A stretch of 64,000 nucleotides of DNA. Source: Lophium mytilinum. Taxonomy: Eukaryota. Of the stretch, positions 12,723 to 23,198 are shown one piece after another. The translations under genes were made by a program, and so were the position numbers. Location: assembly GCA_010093605.1 (NCBI GenBank), contig MU004189.1, positions 1,309,834-1,373,833 on the forward strand, written 5' to 3'. How positions within the stretch are numbered: the stretch's first letter is position 1; each line of letters opens with the position of its first letter. The notes under the pieces were generated by a model that saw nothing but the letters and a program-made list of their open reading frames with translations, made no database searches and had not been told where the DNA came from.

Positions 12723-14816
12723 ATGCACGACCGCAATCCTCACGGAACAGCAGGCATGGATCTCGCAACTCTCGAAACAAATCCACACGCGCCGTTGAGG
12801 CTTCTCTCCCTCGACGGAGGCGGTGTACGCGGCCTATCTAGCCTGATGGTTCTCGACGATCTCATGGAAAGTATCGCCATAGAAGAGAAGCGACTCGGTC
12901 GGAGACCACAAAACGACAGAACACCCCTCAAGCCCTGCGACTACTTCGATTTGATCGGAGGTACGAGCACCGGCGGCATCATCGCTATCCTCCTTTCCCG
13001 CCTTCGATTGGACACCAAGCAATGTATTGGCATCTACTCAAAACTCGCCGAGCAGATCTTCAAGCATGACCGGTCTATCAAAGTCGCGGGCATGAAACTG
13101 CCAACAGGCTCAACCCGCTTCTCCGGCCTCGTCCTCGAAAAATCCATCAAGTCTGCCCTTGTGGATCTAGGTTACGACGAGAACGAGCTCATGTGGGACG
13201 ACTCGCTCTTCGAAGAAGTGCCCGACAATGACCCCTTGCCGCGTGATAGCATCTGGGCCGACACCCACTCTCCGATTAACATGACCGTCTCCCCCGTCGA
13301 GTCAGCGAGAGCAGACAGTCTCCTCCCAACCGGAGGCGACAGCAAAGCACCCACCAGCAACATCGCAGACGAAATACCAATGCCCAAGCATGCTCTCACC
13401 GAGCCTTTTGGGCCAGGCCTCAGCAAACAAGCACGCACCTCGACCTGGAAGCTTCATCCACGCCAATCCGTGCACCAAAAAGTCGGCAAGAAAGGCTGCC
13501 GCGGCTTCGTCCTAACCTCCCTCAAGAACGCGCTCGGCCTCCCCCGAATCCTCTCCACCTACGACCCCAACGACCGCCAAACCCGCATCTGGGAAGCCCT
13601 GCGCGCCACCTCGGCCGCGCCCACCTTCTTCGAAGAGATGCAATTCGGCACACCCAAAGTAACCTACCTCGACGGCGGCGTCGGCTTCAACAACCCCTGC
13701 GCCGAAGTCGACTACGCCGCCAAAGCGCTGTGGGAAGGCCGCTCCATCGGCACCATCGTGTCCGTCGGCACCGGCCTGCAGTCGATCCCCTCGGTCAAGA
13801 AAATCGCCTCCTGGCTCCCCTTCGGCCTCGGCACCGACATCTCCCTCGCGTCTGCTCTCGCGAATATGGCGACCAGCACCGCGCGTGTTGATAACGAGAT
13901 GAAGCGCATGTACCTCGAGAGCGACACGCGCTACTACCGCTTCGACGTCGACCGTGGGCTCGCGAACATCTCGCTCGAGCAGTGGATGCGCGAGGACGAG
14001 ATGGCGGCGCTGACGGAGCAGTATATGCGCGACGCGAAGCAGCTAAGGCGCGCGCGGCAGCTGGGCGAGCTGATGGCGAAACTGTCGGCGCTGCCGCCGC
14101 GTTTTGAGATCTCGGCGACGCATTTCCGGATCGGCATGGACGGGCGCGGGCTCATCGATCAATCATTTAATCTTGCCCAGGTGGATTTCAAGACCGGGAT
14201 GCCCCTAGGCGTCGCGCCGCATCTAGATGACCTGCCGAAGATGTCGAAGTTCCGCAATTCGAGCCCGAGTGGGGAGAGCGGGTTGGCGATTGATGCGAAT
14301 GGGAGGATGCGGAAGGTGTATCCTGTGGCGTCGGATCTCGATGGGGATGGGAGGAGGCAGGAGGCGGCGGTGTTCCAGTGCGTGCGCGCGGATAATGTCT
14401 GTTTGAGGACGCTGAAGACGGGGATTCCGCAGGGGAAGTATCGTGTTGTGTTTATTGTCTCTTTCCAGAACAGTAAGTATACCGCGCCTGAGAATATCGT
14501 TTTCAGCGTTGGGAAGCCGTTTGATGCGCGGACGTTTACGCAGCGGTTTGTGGATGTCAATATCACGCCTGATGCTGTGGGCGTGCTGCTGCACCCGGAT
14601 GCGGTGAGGGTACGCGTTGGGAAGAAGAGGTATGCGGAGAACAAGGGGAAAGGGTGGTTGGAGATTGAGGGGGATGTGGAGGTCCAGGTGGGACTCGATG
14701 GGGCGTTGGGGTTTGTGGTCAGTAAGAGGTATGAGGAGGATTGCTTCGTGGATGGGTTTACATTCGGGGGAGTAAGGCTGGAACCGGTGTTCGGGGGCCA
14801 GGTTAGTAGGGGGTGA
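12723..14816 (+). CDS. Patatin-like phospholipase (PNPLA/iPLA2-gamma-like) with extra C-terminal beta-sandwich domain
   Basis: Intronless 697-aa ORF with LLSLDGGGVRG, FDLIGGTSTGG (catalytic Ser), ATSAAPTFF, YLDGG (catalytic Asp) and VSVGTG. Confidence 0.93.
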   Translation: MHDRNPHGTAGMDLATLETNPHAPLRLLSLDGGGVRGLSSLMVLDDLMESIAIEEKRLGRRPQNDRTPLKPCDYFDLIGGTSTGGIIAILLSRLRLDTKQCIGIYSKLAEQIFKHDRSIKVAGMKLPTGSTRFSGLVLEKSIKSALVDLGYDENELMWDDSLFEEVPDNDPLPRDSIWADTHSPINMTVSPVESARADSLLPTGGDSKAPTSNIADEIPMPKHALTEPFGPGLSKQARTSTWKLHPRQSVHQKVGKKGCRGFVLTSLKNALGLPRILSTYDPNDRQTRIWEALRATSAAPTFFEEMQFGTPKVTYLDGGVGFNNPCAEVDYAAKALWEGRSIGTIVSVGTGLQSIPSVKKIASWLPFGLGTDISLASALANMATSTARVDNEMKRMYLESDTRYYRFDVDRGLANISLEQWMREDEMAALTEQYMRDAKQLRRARQLGELMAKLSALPPRFEISATHFRIGMDGRGLIDQSFNLAQVDFKTGMPLGVAPHLDDLPKMSKFRNSSPSGESGLAIDANGRMRKVYPVASDLDGDGRRQEAAVFQCVRADNVCLRTLKTGIPQGKYRVVFIVSFQNSKYTAPENIVFSVGKPFDARTFTQRFVDVNITPDAVGVLLHPDAVRVRVGKKRYAENKGKGWLEIEGDVEVQVGLDGALGFVVSKRYEEDCFVDGFTFGGVRLEPVFGGQVSRG

Positions 14817-15222
14817 GTGAGCAGGTATGAGATTTCGGATTTCGAGCATTTCTTCGGCGAATTTCGGGGCGTTCTTGCGGTTTAAGATACCTATACTGCG
14901 GACAGTCATGTTTTTATGTTACCAATCACTTTTAGATTTAAAATATTTCAGCCCTTTCAATTCATGTTCACAAGAGTGACAAGCCAAAACTCTGTGCACA
15001 CTCGTTTGCCACGGCCAGGACTGCCCCCATGGGGTTACCGCAACGTGGGCGTCATGTAAAGCTTCAGACATTATGAACCAAGCTTCCTCTTGACTAAGAG
15101 GCTCGCTCCCAACAGGGCCGCCCCTGACAGTGCCATCCAGCTTACAAAAACGACACTCACAAGCAGTGTTATCCACGTGCCCAGACATATAGCCTAGTAC
15201 CGTACTGCCCACGTTTCTTCCC

Positions 15223-16767
15223 TTACTCCCCATCATCCTCCTTCAACACCCCCCACAAATTATTCAAACTCTCCGCCCAACTCGGATGCGCAAACACCAT
15301 CTCCCTCAACCCCTCCCACCCCACTCCCCCCACCATCGCCATCTGCACCACCGCCATCACCTCGCCCGCCTCGGGCCCCACCGCCGAAAACCCGAGAATC
15401 TTCCCCGTGTTTCCGTCTACTACTGCTTTCAGCATCCCCCGCGTCTCGTCTGTCTCCAGCCCCCGCGCGACCCACGTCCCCGGCATACTCGCCGTCATGA
15501 GCTTCCGCTTCGGCGAGAGTTTCCGTGCTTCGGCGAGGTGCAACCCCACGTGCGCGACCTGCGGGTCTGTGTAGCAGACGTAGGGGATCGTGGCGGCGCG
15601 GGCGGCGGTGGTGTGGAGGGAAGACGGGGCCGGGGTGGTTAGGATGTTGTCGCGGAGGATGCGAAAGTCGTCGTAAGAAACGTGGGTGAAGGCGGGGGGG
15701 CCGTGGACGTCGCCGAGGGCGTAGATGCCCGGGGCGGAGGTTTCGAGGGTTGGGGAGACAGTGATGTGGCCGCGGGGGGTGGTGTTGACGTTTGCGAGGG
15801 GGAGGTTGAGGGAGGCGGTGTTGGGGGTGCGGCCGGTGGCGAGGAGGAGGTGGGAGGCGGAGATTTGGGTGTTGGAGCCGTCTTGGTTGCGGACGGTTAG
15901 GAGGAGGGGGGTGGAGGGGGTAGTGGTGGCGGAGATGGGGGTGGTGGAGAGGTGGATGGTGAGACCGTCTTCGCGGAGGATGGAGAGGATGTTGGATGCG
16001 ATTTCTGGGTCTTCTCGCGGGAGGAGTTGGGAGCTGCGTTGGATGATAGTGACTTTGGAGCCGAAGCGGCGCCAGAGCTGGCCGAATTCGAGGCCGATGT
16101 AGCCGCCGCCTAGGACGATTAGATGTTCGGGAGCTTCTTCGAGCTCTTGGATTGAGGTTGAGTCGAGTACTCGAGTAGGATCAATGCTCTCTAAACCTTC
16201 TAGGTCGGGTCTCGACGGCCGTTCTCCTGTGTTGATAAATATCAAATCCGCGCTCACCTTCTCCTCCCCACCCCCTTCCATCTTGACCACCAGCTCTTTC
16301 GGTCCTACGAAACTTGCTTCACCCATCAAGACCTCCACACCCGCGCCTTGAAGCCTCTTCTCCCCACCTTCTCTAAAGCTCTTTACGATATCTCTTTTTC
16401 GTTCTCTGACTCGCTTGACATCGACCTTAACGTCTGGTTTAGCTTCCCCAAAGTGGACGCCGTACTCCCCAGCTCTTCTCGCCCAGTACGCCACCCGCCC
16501 ACTCGCGACCATAGTCTTCGTAGGAGTGCATCCTTCATTAACGCAACAGCCGCCAACATGTGTGCGCTCAATAAGACACGTGCGGCGACCTGCACCCGCG
16601 AGGGCAGAGGCTAGAGGAGTGCCGGATTGGCCGGATCCGATGACGCATGCGTCGAAGTGTTTGAGAGACATCTTTTTGACGAACTGGAATGTGCGTGAAG
16701 TTTGACGATTGAAATTTAGATTAGATGTTGCTGACTTGGGAACGAGATTAGAGAAACGGCGGATCAT
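15223..16767 (-). CDS. Class I pyridine nucleotide-disulfide oxidoreductase (mercuric-reductase-like/YkgC-RclA-like group)
   Basis: VIGSGQSG FAD motif, redox-active GGCCVNEGCTPTK, LGGGYIGLEF NAD(P) motif, ATGRTPN, YALGD and C-terminal AHPSWAE. Intronless. Confidence 0.9.
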   Translation of the reverse strand: MIRRFSNLVPKSATSNLNFNRQTSRTFQFVKKMSLKHFDACVIGSGQSGTPLASALAGAGRRTCLIERTHVGGCCVNEGCTPTKTMVASGRVAYWARRAGEYGVHFGEAKPDVKVDVKRVRERKRDIVKSFREGGEKRLQGAGVEVLMGEASFVGPKELVVKMEGGGEEKVSADLIFINTGERPSRPDLEGLESIDPTRVLDSTSIQELEEAPEHLIVLGGGYIGLEFGQLWRRFGSKVTIIQRSSQLLPREDPEIASNILSILREDGLTIHLSTTPISATTTPSTPLLLTVRNQDGSNTQISASHLLLATGRTPNTASLNLPLANVNTTPRGHITVSPTLETSAPGIYALGDVHGPPAFTHVSYDDFRILRDNILTTPAPSSLHTTAARAATIPYVCYTDPQVAHVGLHLAEARKLSPKRKLMTASMPGTWVARGLETDETRGMLKAVVDGNTGKILGFSAVGPEAGEVMAVVQMAMVGGVGWEGLREMVFAHPSWAESLNNLWGVLKEDDGE

Positions 16768-17713
16768 GAAATGATCTAGAGAGTCGAAAAAGAGGTTGAT
16801 AGACAGAGGAGAAATGAAAAAGGAACATTAGAACAGAAAAAGGAGAGCTGAGACACTCGACGCGCTGTTTATGTAGCCGTGATGGTTCTTTGATGACTGA
16901 TGAAGTCTAGAATGTTACAAAGGTAGTGCCCGTACCCGAGTTGGTGAGAGCTGTTAAAGAGATACACGCTAGGGATTTATGGATACCTCCATTTTTACCC
17001 AACAAACCTTTTTGACCTAGACAAAAAGGGCTCTGTGCGGATGACCTTACTAGAAGGAAAATTAACGGACTTTCTGAGGATAAAAAAACTGCAATATTGC
17101 CTTACGCGTTTCGATGTGTTTTTAAACGCCAACCCGAAGATGGGTAGCGCGAAGTGTACTTTTACTTGACCCTGCCGATCTACCCCTCACCACCACAGAG
17201 CTTCTAAGCCATTGGCGTATGAATAAGCTAGGTATACATATTTCGAGGCCCTAACGCAAGCAGTAGCTTGGCTTAGAGCCCTTTTATTGTTAGAGACTCT
17301 AGAAATGAAATTGGGTTGAACGGATTGCTCTACTCAACGTTACCGGCCATCTAAAAGGTGCCGTCACCGTGCAGGGAACAGTTTGGGATGTTGTGACGTT
17401 GCCTATAGAACATGAGATTTTATATGCTATCATGATTATTTCTTCCTTCCAACGTCTTGTCCAAGCCAGACTTTGAACGGAACCTCAATGCTCCCTCCGC
17501 CCCCAACTCCACCCACTTTTACAGCGCATCAACCCCGCTCCCCTCAACTGACCTTTTGGTCTACCGACCTCGAAACTAGTCAGCAGTTGGCTCAGGAGCA
17601 GTGCGGACTAAGGTTGTGAGGTTTATAAAATTTAGGATGCGGCCGACTTCTTATAGCTGGCAGATTGGAGCTCGCTGCGCTAGCTGACTCATCAGCGCTA
17701 GACCTATTAAAAT

Positions 17714-18385
17714 GGAGGAGCTTACTTATCACCCCCCCCTTCTCTGCGTATCACCCCCCTTTTCTTTGTATATCACCCCCCCTACATTAAGCTAGCTCCG
17801 GCCCGTATCAATAATGTTCCACCAATCCAACTCACTTGTTTGCCTCCGTGTCGGCTTAGTAAGGGCTGCGCAAAATAGAGAGTATGCATTATAAAATAGA
17901 AAGGCTGTACTATCTAGGCCAACAGGACTCTATTTGCTCTATCTATTGTAGCTACTCTACAAGCGGAAGGCAGCCGCTATCTAATTGCTGGCTGAAAGGA
18001 ACGCCAACTAGGCCTGTATACCATGGCCTTATACCCAAATATCCTCTAGTTCCTTCACCACAAGCAGCCTCTTCCTTAGGCGTAGATATAAGGGCATCCT
18101 TAGGGCCTGGTTGGCTGTTGGGGACTAAGGAAGTTGAACTCTTAAGTAGCTGTTGGAGTGCCTGCTTATCCGGCATGGTGGTGAGGCTGGTGATGTATTT
18201 CATTGAGAGAGTGCGCGCTGGTAACGTAAATTCCTTATTCATCGAGCAAGAGCAGGCAAGCAAGTGAGTTGGATTGGTGGAACATTATTAATACGGGCCG
18301 GAGCTAGCCTAACGTAGGGGGGGTGATATACAAAGAAAAGGGGGGTGATACGCAGAGAAAGGGGGGGTGATAAGTAAGCTCCTCC
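17714..18385. mobile_element. Non-autonomous TIR DNA transposon (MITE), Mutator-like, 672 bp
   Basis: ~132-bp TIRs at 17714..17845 and 18254..18385 start ggaggagcttacttatcaccc. They are flanked by the direct repeat attaaaat at 17706..17713 and 18386..18393 (8-9 bp TSD). The TIR copies differ only by transitions. Confidence 0.9.
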
Positions 18386-18499
18386 ATTAAAATGATGTTA
18401 TAATCCTGGTAGTACATATTTCACTAGCGTCTTGGCAAGTAGGTAGCAAAAGGAAGTTGGAGTTCCTGCATAGCGCGAATCGGGCCCTAGGTAAGAGGT

Positions 18500-18830
18500 T
18501 AATCTCGAGGTCGCGAGATGTATAAACAGGAGGCAGTCCGTGCGATTTAAAGTCGGTTGTGGCATGCTATTGGCGTACAGCTCAAATCAGACTTGAGCAT
18601 TGGGATTGCTCTCGAGGACGCAAGATGTATATACGGGAGCTAGTCCGTGCGACGGGAGCTAGTCCGTGCGATTTTAAAGTTGTTTTTGATATACTGTTGG
18701 CGAACGCTTCAAACCAAGCCTCCATAATAGGCTTGATTTCGAGGGTGCAAGATGTATAACGTGGGGCCAGTCCATGCGATTTGAAGGTGGTTTTGGCATA
18801 CTATTGCCTGACACGCTAGATCACAACTAT
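18500..18830. repeat. Degenerate tandem repeat, ~107-bp unit x3
   Basis: (c/t)tcgagg..gc(a/g)agatgtat...agtcc(g/a)tgcgattt(a/g)aag recurs at ~18504, ~18611 and ~18738. Copy 2 carries a perfect internal duplication of cgggagctagtccgtgcga. Confidence 0.75.
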
Positions 18831-19709
18831 TGCCCAGAATTTTGGATTTTTGCCTGAAGTTGACCTCCGGTATCAGAGAGGTGTGGGGCGGTTTAGCTTG
18901 GTCGAGGGAAGGGGCCGAAGAAGAGGAGCTTGCCGCAGGCATTGAATGTTGAAAATGTAGTTATAGACTTCGATTACGCTTTCGAAAAGGCTGTTACCCA
19001 ACGCAGGAATCGAGTGAGAAGAGGATTTGGTTTTAGTTCAGCTAAGTTAAGCTACGCTACGTTCTGGTTTTTGCTCTGCGCCGAGAATTTCCGCTTTTCC
19101 TTCTGAGGCGCTGTAGTATACAGTATGCGCTGGTGTGCCTTTCAGATAAATTCATAGGCTCAAGGGCTCCACGAGCCAGTCTAGAATGGAATGATACATG
19201 AGACTGAGAGTTTATGAGAGTGGTTGGTATACGAAACGATAAAGCTGATACAAATGCTACATTGGTGTTCATTGAAGGGCAATCTTCGAGAGCTGTCTTG
19301 CACTACGAGTCATGGCATATCAATCCGGTCCTTCTAGCCGCTCTTTTGTGGTGTTGTTTTATTGATAGTATCGGACTGAGGTCGCCCCCCAAAAAACCAT
19401 TGGCCTTGCTGTTACCATGCGACCGTAGTGGCATAGGTGAAAAGGAATGCAACTTCGCCGTTCTGAGCACAGACACGCTAGACCCGCCCGAATGATCTTA
19501 GGACCGAGAGGCTTTATTAAGAAAGAATAGCAATACGACTATGCAGTCGAAGAGTGAGCTTTTAGAAGATTGGGAATACGTGCAGGTATCACGCATATGT
19601 CTGCTGAGCCCCTTGGACCTTGGAATTCAGGACGTTAGCACTGAATGATAAACTCATCATGTAGTCGACAAACCTATATGCCACATCCAACTGCGCGGTA
19701 TAAATAAAC

Positions 19710-20519
19710 TCATTCCCAATCCATCGCATCCATGGCGTCGCCCACAGCCTCCCAAGGAGCATCATCCATATCCATTGCTTCATATTCAACCTCCTGGAGC
19801 CCCGTGCCTTCTCCGTTCAATACTAGCATCCCAGTATGTCCAGGCTGTCTATCCTTGACTACAAGACTTGCTTGCTCTAGCCCTGCTAGGATGGTCTTCA
19901 ACATTGTCCCTAGTTTCAAGTCCTCCAGTGTGATCCTTCCACCCTGACTATCCGTAGCATCGGGTCCTCCATCCAGCTCGTCGGCATCTTTCCATCGATT
20001 CCGGTAATCCTTCGCCCGTCCCAGGTAGATACGAACGTCTTGTTGTCCCAGCGCAGCGTGCAGAGGACACTCGAGTTCGTCTAGAGTTGCGAGAAGGTTC
20101 GCATGGAATTGGTGCATTCCGAATGTAGGGGTCGCGCCAGAGTGGTATGGGCCTTTGGCCGCTGTCAAGTCTTTCCGGGAGACACGGACGCCTAGGATTG
20201 CTAGGCAAAGGACTATGTACCTCTCCAGAAGTACGTAGAACTCGAAGAAATCGACTTTGAACATGGATTGTACCATAGCTCCATCTTCCACTAATGCAAA
20301 GTCGATAAGGGTGCTATGTGGGTGGTCGTGGTGTTCGTTGCTACGCAGCTTGATAGCATCGAGAGCCCGATTCCACGAACATAATAGGCCCTCGGCTTTC
20401 CAATATAGACGGCGAAGAAGCCGGTAAGATTTGTCTTTATCCTCGTTCAGCTGCTGGGCGGGAGTACGGCGCTTGGGTTGCTCCAGAGCCCATTTTGATT
20501 GTCCGAGGCCGGGGGTCAT
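19710..20519 (-). CDS. Conserved-looking fungal hypothetical protein (269 aa)
   Basis: Intronless ATG-initiated ORF with a helical core (FKVDFFEFYVLLERYIVLCL, HQFHANLL, AKDYRNRWKDAD), N-terminal GLGQSKWA and an acidic tail. Divergent from the 20839 gene. Confidence 0.75.
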   Translation of the reverse strand: MTPGLGQSKWALEQPKRRTPAQQLNEDKDKSYRLLRRLYWKAEGLLCSWNRALDAIKLRSNEHHDHPHSTLIDFALVEDGAMVQSMFKVDFFEFYVLLERYIVLCLAILGVRVSRKDLTAAKGPYHSGATPTFGMHQFHANLLATLDELECPLHAALGQQDVRIYLGRAKDYRNRWKDADELDGGPDATDSQGGRITLEDLKLGTMLKTILAGLEQASLVVKDRQPGHTGMLVLNGEGTGLQEVEYEAMDMDDAPWEAVGDAMDAMDWE

Positions 20520-20838
20520 CGATAACGATGGCGGAGAGATGTGGTTTTAATGGAGAGTTTGTGGTTCGAGAAAGCCCTAGAGCGCTGTGGAAGATGTCGT
20601 ATAAGCATTTGCAAGTACGGGAAGTGCACAGAAAGAGATAGAGCGTCGTAGGGGCATGATGGGTAGTTTGCGGGGAAGAAGTTGGTGAATGGAGAGGATT
20701 GCTATACTTGACCCTAACTCGCTTACGGTATCCCGTACTTAGCTGCGCTTTCACCTAACCTCAACCCAGAACCTTGCTGTTCATCACTTACCTACTCAAT
20801 TTGTTTTCGCGATCAGCAGCCTGATATTCCCATCAAAC

Positions 20839-21891
20839 ATGAACGGATTGAGAGACGCACAAGAGTCTCACGATGGGCCAGACAACGCGCCCGATGATCG
20901 AAGCCCGCGTTTCAAGAAGCGCCGTCTTTCGGCCAGCACCTCACCAGACAGCCGGAAGAAGGCCCTGAAAACTATAGCCTGGGCTGAGCTGGGCTCAAAC
21001 GATCACACTGGCGCCGCCATAGATGAGCAGCTGAATGTGCATCCAGATGAGCCTGCTGATACAACTTCGCCGACAGCAGCGCCCGCGTACCCAAAGTCTG
21101 GTCTCACATTGCTTGATCTTCCCACCGAAGTCCGGCTGGAAATATACGATTATCTCTTCGATGACCTCTTAATGCACATCTACAGCGACCCATCGGTCAA
21201 ATCTCGATTCTGCTGTTCCAGCAGTGCGTGCGCCCAGACAGCCGAATCATCACTCCTCTGCAAATCCCCAAACTGGACAATTGTTGATGGCTGCTGCAAT
21301 TACGAGACGCCCGAGGAAGACTGCAAAAATCGCCTGGTCTTTGTATTTACCAGCAAGAAGATCTACCAGGAAACAAGTCTGTTGCTCTATTCTCGACCGG
21401 CGTTTCACATTAGTCACGTGATCTTGCTTCCATTCCTCCGTTCTCTCACGCTCGACCAACGAAACGCCATCCGGCGCCTTACCGTTGCAGGACCTTTCAT
21501 GGGAGGCCGCCGGGCTGTCGCGAATGCCGGCGATGCCCTCGAAGAAGCCGCTGGTCTTCTCCCTGGACTACGACGCATTGGCGTGCAAGTGCCTGTTTCC
21601 AATGGACTGATGGCTGGGATTAGCTTGTTCCCGGGCTCCTATCCACGGTGGCATATGTGGAAATTCAGTCAAGTGCTACTATCCTTAAGAAGGGAAGGGA
21701 TTGAGCAAGTCGTACTGGAGACCACATTCTTGTTACAATGGGGAGAGACAAGCCTAATTGTGTTCAAGGCAAAGCAAGAAGCGAAAGAATGGCTCTTGAA
21801 TCGAGACACAAGCGGCATCAACACCACGACAAGTACTACTGTTCTGAGTGGAAAGTCATACATGCAGGTACGGAAGCATTGGCCATTTTGA
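20839..21891 (+). CDS. F-box-like (LLDLPxEVRxxIY) hypothetical protein
   Basis: LTLLDLPTEVRLEIYDYLF, LVFVFTSKKIYQETSLLLYS and FLRSL...IRRL pattern, typical of fungal F-box-like/2EXR-related proteins. Basic NLS-like FKKRRL. Confidence 0.7.
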   Translation: MNGLRDAQESHDGPDNAPDDRSPRFKKRRLSASTSPDSRKKALKTIAWAELGSNDHTGAAIDEQLNVHPDEPADTTSPTAAPAYPKSGLTLLDLPTEVRLEIYDYLFDDLLMHIYSDPSVKSRFCCSSSACAQTAESSLLCKSPNWTIVDGCCNYETPEEDCKNRLVFVFTSKKIYQETSLLLYSRPAFHISHVILLPFLRSLTLDQRNAIRRLTVAGPFMGGRRAVANAGDALEEAAGLLPGLRRIGVQVPVSNGLMAGISLFPGSYPRWHMWKFSQVLLSLRREGIEQVVLETTFLLQWGETSLIVFKAKQEAKEWLLNRDTSGINTTTSTTVLSGKSYMQVRKHWPF

Positions 21892-22675
21892 TGGCTACCA
21901 CTAGGGTTGCTTCTGATCTCTGCTGCCTTTTCTTTCTATTGCTTTATGACTCTCTCAGGTCTCAAACCCCCTTTCAAGCGTCGACATCGGGATATCATCT
22001 TCAAGGAGCTTCGTCTTTCCTTCTCGGGTTAAATCGATGACTTCAACAAACCGAAGCTCCAACTAGGTATTCCGCAACCCCCTTAGTTTCAGCGTTGCAT
22101 ATTCAATTTTGTGTCTGTCTGGGGCGTCTGTCGGGCAAACATGGGCTTCTCCCCCTCTCCGACATACAAGTACAACATCAACCGAGCATAGCACGAATAG
22201 ATCAGATGGTATATAGTCATGATCACTCACTGATGTGCCATGATTGCCCTATAACGACATTTACGATTCTCGATAAATTTCGTTCTCTTTGGAACGCCTA
22301 CCATGGACTTCAGCACTACAGATTCTGAGTATATGTATGTACTTCCTCCCCTATCGAGACATTTAGGTACACGTCGTGTCTTAATTGTCTCTTGATCCTA
22401 TCACTTTCACTAGAGACCGTTTTTCGGGGCCTTCATAGCTTATCAGAATGATAGCCTGCGACGAATCGACAGCTAACAGTGGTTGCGTTGTTGAATGCAT
22501 GAAATCTTTTGAGAGCCACCACGTACAAGCCTCGAACGCGCAGTAATGATCGGTATCTCTAATCATTCCCAAACCGCTCTATCCAGCGACTTCCCTTAAC
22601 TCTCTAATACGTCTCCGCAACCCCCACCCCACTACCGGCCCGACACCCCCAGAACAGAGTCGCTCGCATCCCATG

Positions 22676-22860
22676 CAGCAACCTGGACACTGGCACCTGT
22701 TCCTCGCCAATCGCAGGCCGTGAACATCGCCTGATTGAAGCGGCATTCCCGTTCCCGCTTCCCTCCGTCGGCTGTGCCCTCCACGCGAGGGGTATCCCTC
22801 ATGATCATTGAGAAGGGCCGCTGCTTACTTGCATGTTCAGGTCATACTCCTGCTTACTCT
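22676..22860 (+). repeat. Diverged direct repeat, copy 1 (partner at 32687..32883)
   Basis: cagcaacctggaca.tggcacctgttcctcgccaatc...gtgaacatcgcctgatt...gcggcattcccgttcccgcttcc...ctgcttactct aligns colinearly with 32687..32883. Confidence 0.9.
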
Positions 22861-23198
22861 ATTTTTTAACACATATGTGCACCTCACCCGACCCACCCTG
22901 ATCACGTGCGCCGACGTCGCTGTGGTTGTGAGGCTTCAATCTATGCAGCTAGCCCAGCCAAATATACTCTCGCCTTCATAATTGTTACCGGGTTCTGAAG
23001 ATACCTTTTCGGCCGTCGCTTCTCAGCCTCGCCTGCGTGCAGATGGGGGCGCTTTCAGCCTTGCCTCTGCAAGTTAAAAGACAGCCTGATGTCCTCCCTG
23101 CTTTATCACTTTGAACTAGCATTCCCCGATTTCCCGGTGTCTGTGCCATACTTGGCCTTCCAGCGTTCCGCTGTGTTGTCAAGACATCCTAGAGAGTC

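Noticed and set aside
15223..16767. True mercuric reductase merA or lipoamide dehydrogenase LPD1
   Set aside because: It lacks the MerA C-terminal Cys-Cys pair, and the active-site motif differs from LPD1 (GGTCLNVGCIPSK). No symbol assigned.
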